Positions 36,781 through 45,361 of a stretch of DNA of 61,328 nucleotides are shown here, one piece after another (the first letter of the stretch is position 1; every line of letters begins with the position of its first letter). The translations under genes and the position numbers were made by a program. The notes under the pieces were generated by a model. It worked only from the letters and a program-made list of their open reading frames with translations. It was not told the DNA's origin and did not search any database. Source of the DNA: a virus (taxonomy: Duplodnaviria; Caudoviricetes); IMG/VR virus record IMGVR_UViG_3300045972_000344, positions 1-61,328 of that record, one strand, 5' to 3'.

Positions 36781-37607
36781 TGGGCGACCTGTTCCGGGGT
36801 GGTCTCGATGTTGACTGGGCGGTGCTCTCCGACTGGTCCGAGTCCCTGCAGGCCATCATCCAGGGCGGCCACCTGGATGTCTTCACCAGCTACGCCGAAA
36901 CGGCCGGGGTGGTGGCGACCCATGCCCTCGTGCTCTATCAGGGCTACCTGAAGGGGAACCCCCTGCCCAATGGTTCCGCCGTGCAGCGCCCCTCCGGGAA
37001 CCTCGCCCGGCATGCCTCGCTGGACGAACCGTCCTTCCTGGACTTCCGCCTGGAGAATCCCGAGTCCTACGCGGAGGCCATCGAGAAGGGCACCCGCGAG
37101 CGGGACATGAAGGAAGTCCTGGCGACCGCCCCGAAGGCCCGGCGCGCGAAGGACGGAAGCCTCTACCTCATCATCCCCATGCGCCACGGCACCCAGTCCG
37201 ACTCGGTGGGCCTCAAGCCCATGCCCCAGACGGTCTACAAGATGGCGAAGGCCCTGCAGCGGTCCTCGGTCACTGGGCACCGGATGGAAATGTCCGGGAC
37301 TGGCTTTATGGTGCAGCGGAATACTTATAACTGGGGCGGGAAACTGACCCAGAAGGCCCTGCAGGAGTCTGGTCATTCGTTTAAGGAACAAAACCAATTT
37401 CAGGGCATGTATAAATTCGGAAACGCGGGCCACTCGTCTTATATGACCTTCCGTATCCTGTCCTCGAAATCGGCCGGGTGGGTGATCCCTGCGCGGCCGG
37501 GCCTGTTCCCGGCGCGCACGGCGGCTGAAGAAGCCTACCAAGACGGCAAGGAGCACCTTGCTGCGGCGCTCCTTGAGGATCTGCTCCGGCTGTCCGGCCT
37601 GGGTTAG
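36777..37607 (+). CDS. tail completion / neck protein
   Basis: SGNLAR...YAEAIEKG...YLIIPMRH...YMTFR...WVIPA; basic. Confidence 0.6.
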   Translation: MMGDLFRGGLDVDWAVLSDWSESLQAIIQGGHLDVFTSYAETAGVVATHALVLYQGYLKGNPLPNGSAVQRPSGNLARHASLDEPSFLDFRLENPESYAEAIEKGTRERDMKEVLATAPKARRAKDGSLYLIIPMRHGTQSDSVGLKPMPQTVYKMAKALQRSSVTGHRMEMSGTGFMVQRNTYNWGGKLTQKALQESGHSFKEQNQFQGMYKFGNAGHSSYMTFRILSSKSAGWVIPARPGLFPARTAAEEAYQDGKEHLAAALLEDLLRLSGLG

Positions 37608-39802
37608 AGGTAGGGCGATTTCATGTTGTGGACGAGGAACCAGGGGCCCTCGGCACTGGCGCCCACGAAGTAGGTTCCCGCCCGCGTCCCGATGGTGCTG
37701 CGCACGGGGATGGGATGGTCAGCCTCGACCAGCGTGGTGAGCGGGGTGTCGATCCCGTTGCCGTCCCCGGTCGTGATGATGCTGTCGCCCACCACGAGTT
37801 CGTCCGCCCGCTTGAAGTCCCGCTCCACCGCGAAGGGGTGGCCCTTGGTGCAGGTAATCCCCTGGACGACCATGGCGTTTGGGTCGCCTTCCTCGGCCTC
37901 CACTCGGGTCTTGTCCGTCACCAGCACATCGCGGATCTGGCGAAGGCCGAAGGGGAGCCCTTCCAGGTTGATCCCCTTCACCGTGTCCCCGGCGCCAACC
38001 AGGGCCATCTGCTTCCCGGTGCCGTCCTCCATTAAGACGAAGGTCAGGAGTTCATCGAAACAGCCGCCCCCGCCGCCCCCGCCGCCCCCGCCCCCGCCGC
38101 CCCCGCCGCCCCCGCCCACATAGTCCGTGGTCACGATGTTGATCACCAGTTCCACGACCTGCGGGGATCCGGCGCTGTCCGTGGCCCGCACCCTGGCCTT
38201 GGTCGTCCCGGCCGCCGCGACAGTTCCCGTGAGGTGGCCGCCCGCGACCGCCGCGCTCGGGAGGTTCGTGTCCACCCCGGTCACGAGGCTCCAGGTGATG
38301 GGGCTCTGGCCGCCGCTGCTCGTGAGGATGATGTCCACGGGGTATCCGTAGCTGCCCGCCACGAAGTTGTAGGTGCTCGCGTTCGTGATGACCAGGGTCA
38401 CCACCGAGTAGGCGGTCAGGGTGATGTTCACCGTCTTCGTGACCGGGACTCCGGTCGCATCCGTGGCCTGGACGCTGATGGTCCAGCTTCCGACCGATGG
38501 AAGGTTCAGGGTCATCAGGCCGTTGCCGTCCATGCTGGTGAACCCGGCCGCCGTGCCTCCGGTGATGGCCCAGGCCACGCTCCCCGTGGCGTTCTGCTTC
38601 GTGTTTTGGATGGTGATAATCTTCGGGTAAGCCTGCCCGTTGGCCGCCATCGCGTTCCAGTCCGGGGTGGTGATCGCCAGGGGGGCCGTGGCTGCCTGGA
38701 CGCCCAGGAAGGTGATTACGATCCTGGCCGAGTAGCTGCGCTTCCCGATGGTCTTGAAGTAGAGCCAGTCCCCGGCCGTGGCGCTCACGGTGGCAAGGAC
38801 TGGCTTGTCCACGCCGCCGTTGTTGTTCGGCATGCCCGCCGAGTATTCCTGCACATCGGCGCTGCCCGTGGTTCCGACCGGGCGCCGCCAGACCTCCACC
38901 ACGCAGTCGTGCTGGCTGCTGTTGTATTGGCCGAAGGTCTCCCCGAGGATCAGGTATTGCCCGGTGGTCTGCAGCTTCACGAGGGTGAGGTCGGTGTCGA
39001 AGACGATGTCCGAGCCGCTGGCGGCCGTCCGGTTGGCGACCGGGATGCTCTGCGTGGTGGGCGGGTTGCCCCAGGCGTCCGGAACCACGATCCAGAAACT
39101 CACCATGCTCGCGTATGGCTTGACGCTGCCCAGGACTTGGTCCTTCTTCCGCAGCACATCGAGGTCCGTGGTGGGGTCCACCGTGACCTGGAACCGCCCG
39201 GTGTGGACCTCGTCCCCGACCTTGTTGTGCTTCCCATCGATGAGCAGGCCCATCTCGGAAAGGTCCAGCATCGTGTTCGGGAGGAACTGGATGCTCGGTG
39301 TGCCCCCCTGGGGAAAGACGATTCGGGCCAGCACCACGGGCGGGCGCAGGGCGGCGTCCAGGGCGGCCACGGATGGGTCTACGGGCGTCAGGGCGTCCGC
39401 CCCCTGCACGATCTCGTAGAACGCCTGCTGATTGGCCGTCAGGGTGCCCAGGGGCTGTCCGTCCCCGCCAATGGGGCCCGCGATCCACCCCCAGCGCCCC
39501 ACCACGAGGATGTTGCGGCTGAGGCCCGCTGCAGGCTCAAGCTGGGCCGTCAGCACCGGGACAGTGGCGTCCTCCAGGATCTGGAAGGCTCCGGCGCCCT
39601 TGATCCAGGGCGTCCTCCAGGCCCAGAACCCGAGGGTGGCGTTCACCCCGAGCCCCACCGTCCACTGCTTGCTGGATCCGCTCCCGGTGCTGCTGACCGA
39701 AAGGACGGGCTTGGCGGTGATGCCGCTCCGGGCGGCGGCTGCTCGGGCGATGGCCTGATCCGTGCTGTATTCACCGAACAGGGGGGCGAGGAACTGGGTC
39801 AT
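37604..39802 (-). CDS. tail fibre-like protein with Ig-like repeats, poly-Gly linker and C-terminal Hint domain
   Basis: G18-CF...TKGHPF...TYFV...LVHN-MKSPYL. Confidence 0.78.
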   Translation of the reverse strand: MTQFLAPLFGEYSTDQAIARAAAARSGITAKPVLSVSSTGSGSSKQWTVGLGVNATLGFWAWRTPWIKGAGAFQILEDATVPVLTAQLEPAAGLSRNILVVGRWGWIAGPIGGDGQPLGTLTANQQAFYEIVQGADALTPVDPSVAALDAALRPPVVLARIVFPQGGTPSIQFLPNTMLDLSEMGLLIDGKHNKVGDEVHTGRFQVTVDPTTDLDVLRKKDQVLGSVKPYASMVSFWIVVPDAWGNPPTTQSIPVANRTAASGSDIVFDTDLTLVKLQTTGQYLILGETFGQYNSSQHDCVVEVWRRPVGTTGSADVQEYSAGMPNNNGGVDKPVLATVSATAGDWLYFKTIGKRSYSARIVITFLGVQAATAPLAITTPDWNAMAANGQAYPKIITIQNTKQNATGSVAWAITGGTAAGFTSMDGNGLMTLNLPSVGSWTISVQATDATGVPVTKTVNITLTAYSVVTLVITNASTYNFVAGSYGYPVDIILTSSGGQSPITWSLVTGVDTNLPSAAVAGGHLTGTVAAAGTTKARVRATDSAGSPQVVELVINIVTTDYVGGGGGGGGGGGGGGGGGGCFDELLTFVLMEDGTGKQMALVGAGDTVKGINLEGLPFGLRQIRDVLVTDKTRVEAEEGDPNAMVVQGITCTKGHPFAVERDFKRADELVVGDSIITTGDGNGIDTPLTTLVEADHPIPVRSTIGTRAGTYFVGASAEGPWFLVHNMKSPYL
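38063..38116 (-). repeat. poly-glycine tract (18 GGS codons)
   Basis: direct read. Confidence 0.9.
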
Positions 39803-39826
39803 GGGTGATCTCCGGCTGGTTCCATT

Positions 39827-40150
39827 CTACGGGGCTTTGGGTGGGTAGAGTTGGCCTGTGGTGGCATGGTCACCTCCGCCCCGCTCCTTGTAGATAGGCG
39901 GGAAGGTCAGGATGATCTGGCGGCCCATGGGTGGGGTTGGGATCCTGACAACGGTCTTGATCGCTAGGGGTGGCATCATCTGGGCGGGATACCACATTTC
40001 ATATTTCCATTTCGTCCAGACCATGGAAGCGGCGAGGTTCATCCCGAGTGATGCCGGGGTCGGGAAGGTGGTTGGCACCCGCAGGCTCCCGAAGTTGGGG
40101 CCTGTTGGATCGCTGTAGTTTTTCGTCTGCCCGTTAGGGACGGTGGCCAT
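39827..40150 (-). CDS. small protein with C-terminal TTGQLYPP motif
   Basis: TFPPIYKERGGGDHATTGQLYPP shared with 43115..43453. Confidence 0.7.
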   Translation of the reverse strand: MATVPNGQTKNYSDPTGPNFGSLRVPTTFPTPASLGMNLAASMVWTKWKYEMWYPAQMMPPLAIKTVVRIPTPPMGRQIILTFPPIYKERGGGDHATTGQLYPPKAP

Positions 40151-40159
40151 GGCTCAACC

Positions 40160-42076
40160 TCAAGTTGGTTTTTGGTATCCGCAGAACAGGGCTCCGTTGT
40201 TCAGCTTCACGAACCAAAGGCCCTGGCAGACCAGATCCTGGTCGAAGTGGGCGGCAGCGGTGGTCCCGTATTTCCCTCGGGTGCATCCCGAGAATCGGAC
40301 AGGGCCAGTCGCCAGAGAGGTGTATTGGATGATCTCGCTCTCAATCACGATGAACCCTGCGGATTGGAAACCTGCTGTGCTGGCGACCGGGATGTCTACT
40401 GCTGCCGCACTGACCGCGCCGGATTCGGTGGTTGTCGCAACGGTGTCAGCAACCAGCATCAGGGCCTCATCCGTGGCTGTGCCCACAAACTTATACCAGT
40501 CCTGGATATCCACACACGGCGAGACAGCGCGCATACTGTTAACGCCTGCGTTGGCGATGCTGCTCATGTATTCACCGATCATTGAGACCCTGTGAATCTG
40601 GAAATCGTTTCCAGTCACATCTGCGGCGCTGAATAGGTTGGAACCGTAAAGCGGGATCCCACTCAATGCCCATGATTGGCTTGGCATCGGCCCCTGGGCA
40701 TCAATAATTTTCAATCTTGGGCTGCACCTGTTGAACGGGTGCCCACCCTCGTATGTCCCCGTCAACCCCTGGGCCTTGGCGAAGGTGGCCTCGTCAATTC
40801 CATATGCGTGGCTCACCTTCCCGAGCGCACCAGTTTTCGTTGTATCTTCATCCCACCCGACAACAAGTTCGATTGGAGTGCATGGGATGCTCCACCCAGA
40901 ACTCGGGACCGCAGCGACCGCCTTGGCGTTGTCTCCGAAGCAGGCGTGAATTGGGCCATAAAAATTGGAGTTCGTCTTTGTGCCCAGACCGATGCCGCGA
41001 GAGTTCACCTGGATGTAATAAATAAATCCATTTACTAGGTCAACGGTCACATCGGTGTTGGTTGAACGAGCGCACATCCACCCAATGCCGGGGAGGGTGT
41101 TATTCCCGGTAATCTGGCCGTTGGTGTTCGCGTTGGGGGTAACAATGCAATTCGGGACATTCGTCTTCGCAACGCCAAGGATGTAGTCGTTGGTCCCGCT
41201 AGGGTTCTGTGGGCTGAGATACTGGTATTCCCAATTAAAATTCGTGAATGGCGATGCTCCGCTGGCCTTGATCGCCTCGTAAAGCAGGCGCAGGTTCTGC
41301 CTGGATGTGTTCCCTGCTCCACCTGTGGCACCCGTGACCGTGACGCCATCCAGAGTTACTCCGCAGGCCACGGCTCCCGCCGTCTTATCCCACAGGCTAA
41401 TGACCTGTGGCGTAAAGACAAGGCTCTCCTGGAAGGCAACGAATCGGATGTAGGTGCTCCCGTATTCGATGCGGAGGATGTCCCTGGCGGTGGCATTCCC
41501 GATGGTTTCACCAACAGGAGGAATAAAGTCAGAAAAAACCTGATTAGTAATAACCTGCCCACCCGCATCCTCAAGTGCGACAAGGCTCAGGTAGCCTCCA
41601 CCGGAGGCACCACTCTGCTGGGTGGTTGTGTTGATTCTCCAGTAAGGCTTAGATGGTGCGCCGGTAATGACATACCTCTTGATTTCCTCAAGGCTCCACT
41701 GTGTTTCGTTGAACGATTGGTGGACGGTGAAGCCCGTAGTCAAGCTTGTGTCGGACCATTCAAGCGTGAATGCCTTTGGCGCGTAGGTTTGCGGGCTGTT
41801 GGAACCCGAGCAGATCGTCAGCAGCGTTGGGGTGAACCCGGCAGTCTGAACTGCAACAGACCCGGCCGCACCTTGTGTTCCTGCGTAGGTCAGAAAATCG
41901 AAATCAAACGCGTTACTTGGTGTCGCCATCGTCCCGCCCACGGCGATGGGGACCAGAGACCGGCGCTTTTTCTGCCACCCCCTGGAGGTGAGGGCCGCAT
42001 CGATGGTGGTCTGCATCGTGGCGACATCAGCGCCGAGGGCAATCAGGAAGGACTCGAATCCGAGGAAGTTGCTCAT
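40160..42076 (-). CDS. putative receptor-binding/tail appendage protein, paralog 1
   Basis: full-length similarity to 43466..45358; discoidin-like FTLEWSD...YWRIN segment; lower GC. Confidence 0.7.
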   Translation of the reverse strand: MSNFLGFESFLIALGADVATMQTTIDAALTSRGWQKKRRSLVPIAVGGTMATPSNAFDFDFLTYAGTQGAAGSVAVQTAGFTPTLLTICSGSNSPQTYAPKAFTLEWSDTSLTTGFTVHQSFNETQWSLEEIKRYVITGAPSKPYWRINTTTQQSGASGGGYLSLVALEDAGGQVITNQVFSDFIPPVGETIGNATARDILRIEYGSTYIRFVAFQESLVFTPQVISLWDKTAGAVACGVTLDGVTVTGATGGAGNTSRQNLRLLYEAIKASGASPFTNFNWEYQYLSPQNPSGTNDYILGVAKTNVPNCIVTPNANTNGQITGNNTLPGIGWMCARSTNTDVTVDLVNGFIYYIQVNSRGIGLGTKTNSNFYGPIHACFGDNAKAVAAVPSSGWSIPCTPIELVVGWDEDTTKTGALGKVSHAYGIDEATFAKAQGLTGTYEGGHPFNRCSPRLKIIDAQGPMPSQSWALSGIPLYGSNLFSAADVTGNDFQIHRVSMIGEYMSSIANAGVNSMRAVSPCVDIQDWYKFVGTATDEALMLVADTVATTTESGAVSAAAVDIPVASTAGFQSAGFIVIESEIIQYTSLATGPVRFSGCTRGKYGTTAAAHFDQDLVCQGLWFVKLNNGALFCGYQKPT

Positions 42077-42088
42077 GGTGTGGCCTCG

Positions 42089-42226
42089 TCAGTCTGGATC
42101 GGGGGGCGGGTAAAGCTGCCCGGTGGTCGGCTTGGTCTGTCTCTCCATTCCAACCTGAAACCCTTGAATCGTGAAGGTCACTTTGGGCTCTGGGTTTGGA
42201 ACCTGCTGCTGGACATAGGTCGTCAT
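42089..42226 (-). CDS. 45-aa protein with TTGQLYPP motif (not in ORF track)
   Basis: MTTYVQQQVPNPEPKVTFTIQGFQVGMERQTKPTTGQLYPPPDPD fills the gap between two genes. Confidence 0.7.
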   Translation of the reverse strand: MTTYVQQQVPNPEPKVTFTIQGFQVGMERQTKPTTGQLYPPPDPD

Positions 42227-42229
42227 GGC

Positions 42230-43105
42230 TTAATCCCACCGGAGCATGAGGCCGATGCCCGAGGTTCCGCCGAGTTCCCCCTTGAGGTCGTGACCGCTGG
42301 CGAATGGCTTCCCGAAGCTGTAATAACTGCGCGTCACGAGGTCCGCTCCCACGATGGCGTAGACCGCGTTCACGGGGATGTCCGCGTGGAAGTATCCCAC
42401 GATGCAGGTAAAGGCCCCGATCTCTCCCGGGCTGTAGGCTCGGAATGGGAAGGTATGGATCGTGTTCGCCACATTCGGGTCCGCCGCGCTCACGGCGTTG
42501 TTCGGCGAGCAGAGCCCAGTGGTGTTCGGCGCCATCTGGACGGGGGCCAGCCCGTAGGGGAGCCAAGTCGCCCGGCGCCCGTAGCCATTGAATGAGACCA
42601 CCATCGCCCCGAGCCCATTGGCCGCTCGCTCGATGGCGAAGAGGTAGTTATAAGTCGTGGTGCTGGTTCCCCAGGACATGATGAACGCGGCGTATCCCGC
42701 CCCCCCGCATGCCGCCCACGACTGGGCCCCGGCGCCGCCCCCCGGCAGGTATCCGACCTGGGTTGCCGCCCACCCGCCGCCGAGGGTGAGCGCCCCGTTC
42801 GTGCTCTCCCCAATGTAGATGTAAAGCCCGAAGAAGTTGGAGGTCGCGCCCGTCCCGTAGCCGACCTTTACGAAGATCGGGTGGGTGCTCTGGGCGGCAT
42901 CGTTGAACCGATACATCCGGTATCCGAGGACCGCATAACCAACCCCGGGCTTGATGGCGGTGGTGAAATCAAGCTGCCCGGTGTCCGCCGTCTGGACGAG
43001 GCCCATGGCCCCCACCATGAAATTGTGGATGTCCGTGCACCGTGCCCTCCAGGTCGCATCGTCCCCGGTGTAGGTGTCGGCTGTTGCAATCGCGCTGTGG
43101 GCCAT
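42230..43105 (-). CDS. virion structural protein
   Basis: GLVQTADTGQLD...GYRMYRFND...PIFVKVGYG pattern; AGGAG RBS. Confidence 0.65.
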   Translation of the reverse strand: MAHSAIATADTYTGDDATWRARCTDIHNFMVGAMGLVQTADTGQLDFTTAIKPGVGYAVLGYRMYRFNDAAQSTHPIFVKVGYGTGATSNFFGLYIYIGESTNGALTLGGGWAATQVGYLPGGGAGAQSWAACGGAGYAAFIMSWGTSTTTYNYLFAIERAANGLGAMVVSFNGYGRRATWLPYGLAPVQMAPNTTGLCSPNNAVSAADPNVANTIHTFPFRAYSPGEIGAFTCIVGYFHADIPVNAVYAIVGADLVTRSYYSFGKPFASGHDLKGELGGTSGIGLMLRWD

Positions 43106-43114
43106 CGGTTACTC

Positions 43115-43453
43115 CTAGACGCCCGGGCGGTGCGGGGGATAAAGCTGCCCTGTGGTGGCGTGGCCGCCTCCGCCGTATTCCTTGTAGATCGGCGGGAAGG
43201 TCTTCACGGCTGCGGCTGCTGCGTCCCGGCGCTTGAAGACCACCCCCACCAGGGGGGCCCGGTTCGGGGCTGAGGCCAGCACTGCTCCGTTGGTGAATTG
43301 GTGCCAGATTGTGAGAATGTCCAGTGGGACGCGCTGCTGGACCCAGATGCTGGGCGGCTTGAAGGTGGCCGGAAGCGAGACAAGCAGGCGCCTCGCCGGG
43401 GCCATCCCCGAGGCCCCGGTCGCGTCCGCGAGTGCTTTGACGGGTGATGCCAC
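43115..43453 (-). CDS. small protein with C-terminal TTGQLYPP motif
   Basis: TFPPIYKEYGGGGHATTGQLYPP. Confidence 0.7.
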   Translation of the reverse strand: MASPVKALADATGASGMAPARRLLVSLPATFKPPSIWVQQRVPLDILTIWHQFTNGAVLASAPNRAPLVGVVFKRRDAAAAAVKTFPPIYKEYGGGGHATTGQLYPPHRPGV

Positions 43454-43465
43454 TGGCCCCTCTCT

Positions 43466-45358
43466 TTAGGTCGGTTTCTGGTAACCCCAGAAGATGAGGC
43501 CCGTGTTGATTTTCACATACCAGCCCACGATGCTGACGAGGGTTTGGTCGTATTGCTTGTAGGCCACCGTGGCGTATTTCCCACGGGTGCAGCCCAGGAA
43601 ATGGGTGGCGTCCTTGCTCGTGTATTGGATGATTTCGCCCTGAATGGAGATCCACCCCGAGGCCGGGAACCCGGCCGTGCTCGTCACGGGGATGCTCAGG
43701 TCCGTGGCGAGAAGGGTGCCCGTCACCTTCGTCTCGAAGTCGGTGTGGGGGGCGAGGACCATCTGCTCGTTGTTCAGGGTGCCCACAAACCGATACCAGT
43801 CCAAGCCGCTGAAAACGGGCCCCACGCAGCGGGCGCTATAACCTCCGCCGTTGACATAAGGGTAGGAGGTGTCTGGGTCACAGGCCATGCGGTGAACCGC
43901 CCACGCCACCCCGCTGTCGGCCCCGGTGAAGAGGCCCTCTCCTCGAAGGACGATCCATGGGTTGTTCAGGCCGCCCGCGCCCGCGACCGAGTTCGACCAA
44001 TCCTGGATGATGTTCGGGTGGTTCTGTCGCGTGAATGCGTGGCCGCAGAAGTTCACGCTGTAGTCGATATACCCGCCAACATAGGTGCTGGTGTTGGTGT
44101 CTCCCCAGTAGTGGGAGAAGCGCCCGACCGCCCCGGTGTTCGCGGCCACATCGTCATATCCGACCACCAGTTCCATCACGGTGCAGTTCGGGCCGTAATC
44201 CGTGGCTGGAACCTGGGCGACCGCCGTGGCGTTGTCTCCGTAGCAGGCATGCATCGGGCCATAGAACCCCAGGTTCGTTTTGGTCCCGAGCGCGAGCCCT
44301 CGCTTGTTCACCTGGAGGTAGTAGACGAACCCGTTAATGAGGTCGATGGTGATGGCTTCGGGGGTGGCAATGCCCGCGTATTGCATCTGTGGGGAAGCGG
44401 AGCACCCGGGGAAGTAGAGGGTGCAGTTGGCGACCGTGGGGACGATGTTCGAGGCCACCGTGTTCCGCTGGCCGTGGATGTAGCCGACCCAGGTCCACTT
44501 CCAATCCGTGAAGTTCGCATCCACGCTGGCCTTGAGTGCATCAAAGAGCCCGCGATTGTTGTCGTTGGTAGTGTTCGGGGCGCTCCCCGTGTAGGAGACC
44601 GTCACCCCGTTGATGGTCAGGCTCACGGTTACCGCGCCCGCCGTGGCCCCGCTGACAAGAATCTGCTGCCCTATCCCGGTTAGGAGTTCCTGGACTGGCC
44701 CCATGGAAATCCCGCCGCCGTTGAACTGCATTCGGACGGCTTCACGCGCCTTGCTGTCCCCGATGGCTTGGTCTGATGGGGGAATGAAGTCGATGAAATT
44801 CTGGCTCGAAATAACCTGCCCGGCGGCGTTCTCAAGCATCCACTGGTTCACAAGGCAATATGTTCCGGTGCCCTTCGCGGTGATGTTGAGGCGCCAGTAG
44901 GCATGGGGTGTCGCGCCCGAAACAATGAATTTCCGCCGCTCCCCGGTGAACCAAAGCATTTCATTCGTCCAGGTCTGGAGGGTGCCTCCAGTGACGCCCC
45001 CGCTCCAGGTCACGCCGTCATCCGACCAATCGAGGGAGAAGGTCTGGGGGTTGTAGTAAGCCTGGGACTGGCCGCTGTTGTCCCCTCCCCACAGATACAT
45101 GATCGTGGGCGTGAATGGGGAAGCCATGCGGCACCCCACCCACCGGGGGAGGGCGGAGTTATCACCAGCGGCAGATGATGTCAGGTCGAATGCGTTGGCG
45201 GGTGTCGTGATCGTTCCGAGGACCGCCAGGGGTGGGATGCTCTCGTGCAGAACCTGCCACCCGTAGCTGGTGAGGGACGCCTTGAAGGTGTTCTGCACAT
45301 CCTGAATGGACGCGCCGAGCGCGATCAGGAAGGATTCGGCACCGAGGAATTGGCTCAT
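43466..45358 (-). CDS. putative receptor-binding/tail appendage protein, paralog 2
   Basis: MSQFLGAESFLIALGA...GYQKPT; FSLDWSDDG...YWRLN. Confidence 0.7.
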   Translation of the reverse strand: MSQFLGAESFLIALGASIQDVQNTFKASLTSYGWQVLHESIPPLAVLGTITTPANAFDLTSSAAGDNSALPRWVGCRMASPFTPTIMYLWGGDNSGQSQAYYNPQTFSLDWSDDGVTWSGGVTGGTLQTWTNEMLWFTGERRKFIVSGATPHAYWRLNITAKGTGTYCLVNQWMLENAAGQVISSQNFIDFIPPSDQAIGDSKAREAVRMQFNGGGISMGPVQELLTGIGQQILVSGATAGAVTVSLTINGVTVSYTGSAPNTTNDNNRGLFDALKASVDANFTDWKWTWVGYIHGQRNTVASNIVPTVANCTLYFPGCSASPQMQYAGIATPEAITIDLINGFVYYLQVNKRGLALGTKTNLGFYGPMHACYGDNATAVAQVPATDYGPNCTVMELVVGYDDVAANTGAVGRFSHYWGDTNTSTYVGGYIDYSVNFCGHAFTRQNHPNIIQDWSNSVAGAGGLNNPWIVLRGEGLFTGADSGVAWAVHRMACDPDTSYPYVNGGGYSARCVGPVFSGLDWYRFVGTLNNEQMVLAPHTDFETKVTGTLLATDLSIPVTSTAGFPASGWISIQGEIIQYTSKDATHFLGCTRGKYATVAYKQYDQTLVSIVGWYVKINTGLIFWGYQKPT

Positions 45359-45361
45359 GGT

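Noticed and set aside
37625-38062. Mobile intein
   Set aside because: No homing endonuclease, +1 residue is Met and the C-extein is only 6 aa; treated as a non-splicing Hint domain
39827-45358. Diversity-generating retroelement or invertible fibre switch
   Set aside because: No reverse transcriptase or invertase in the window; paralog differences are not adenine-specific and the copies are in direct orientation
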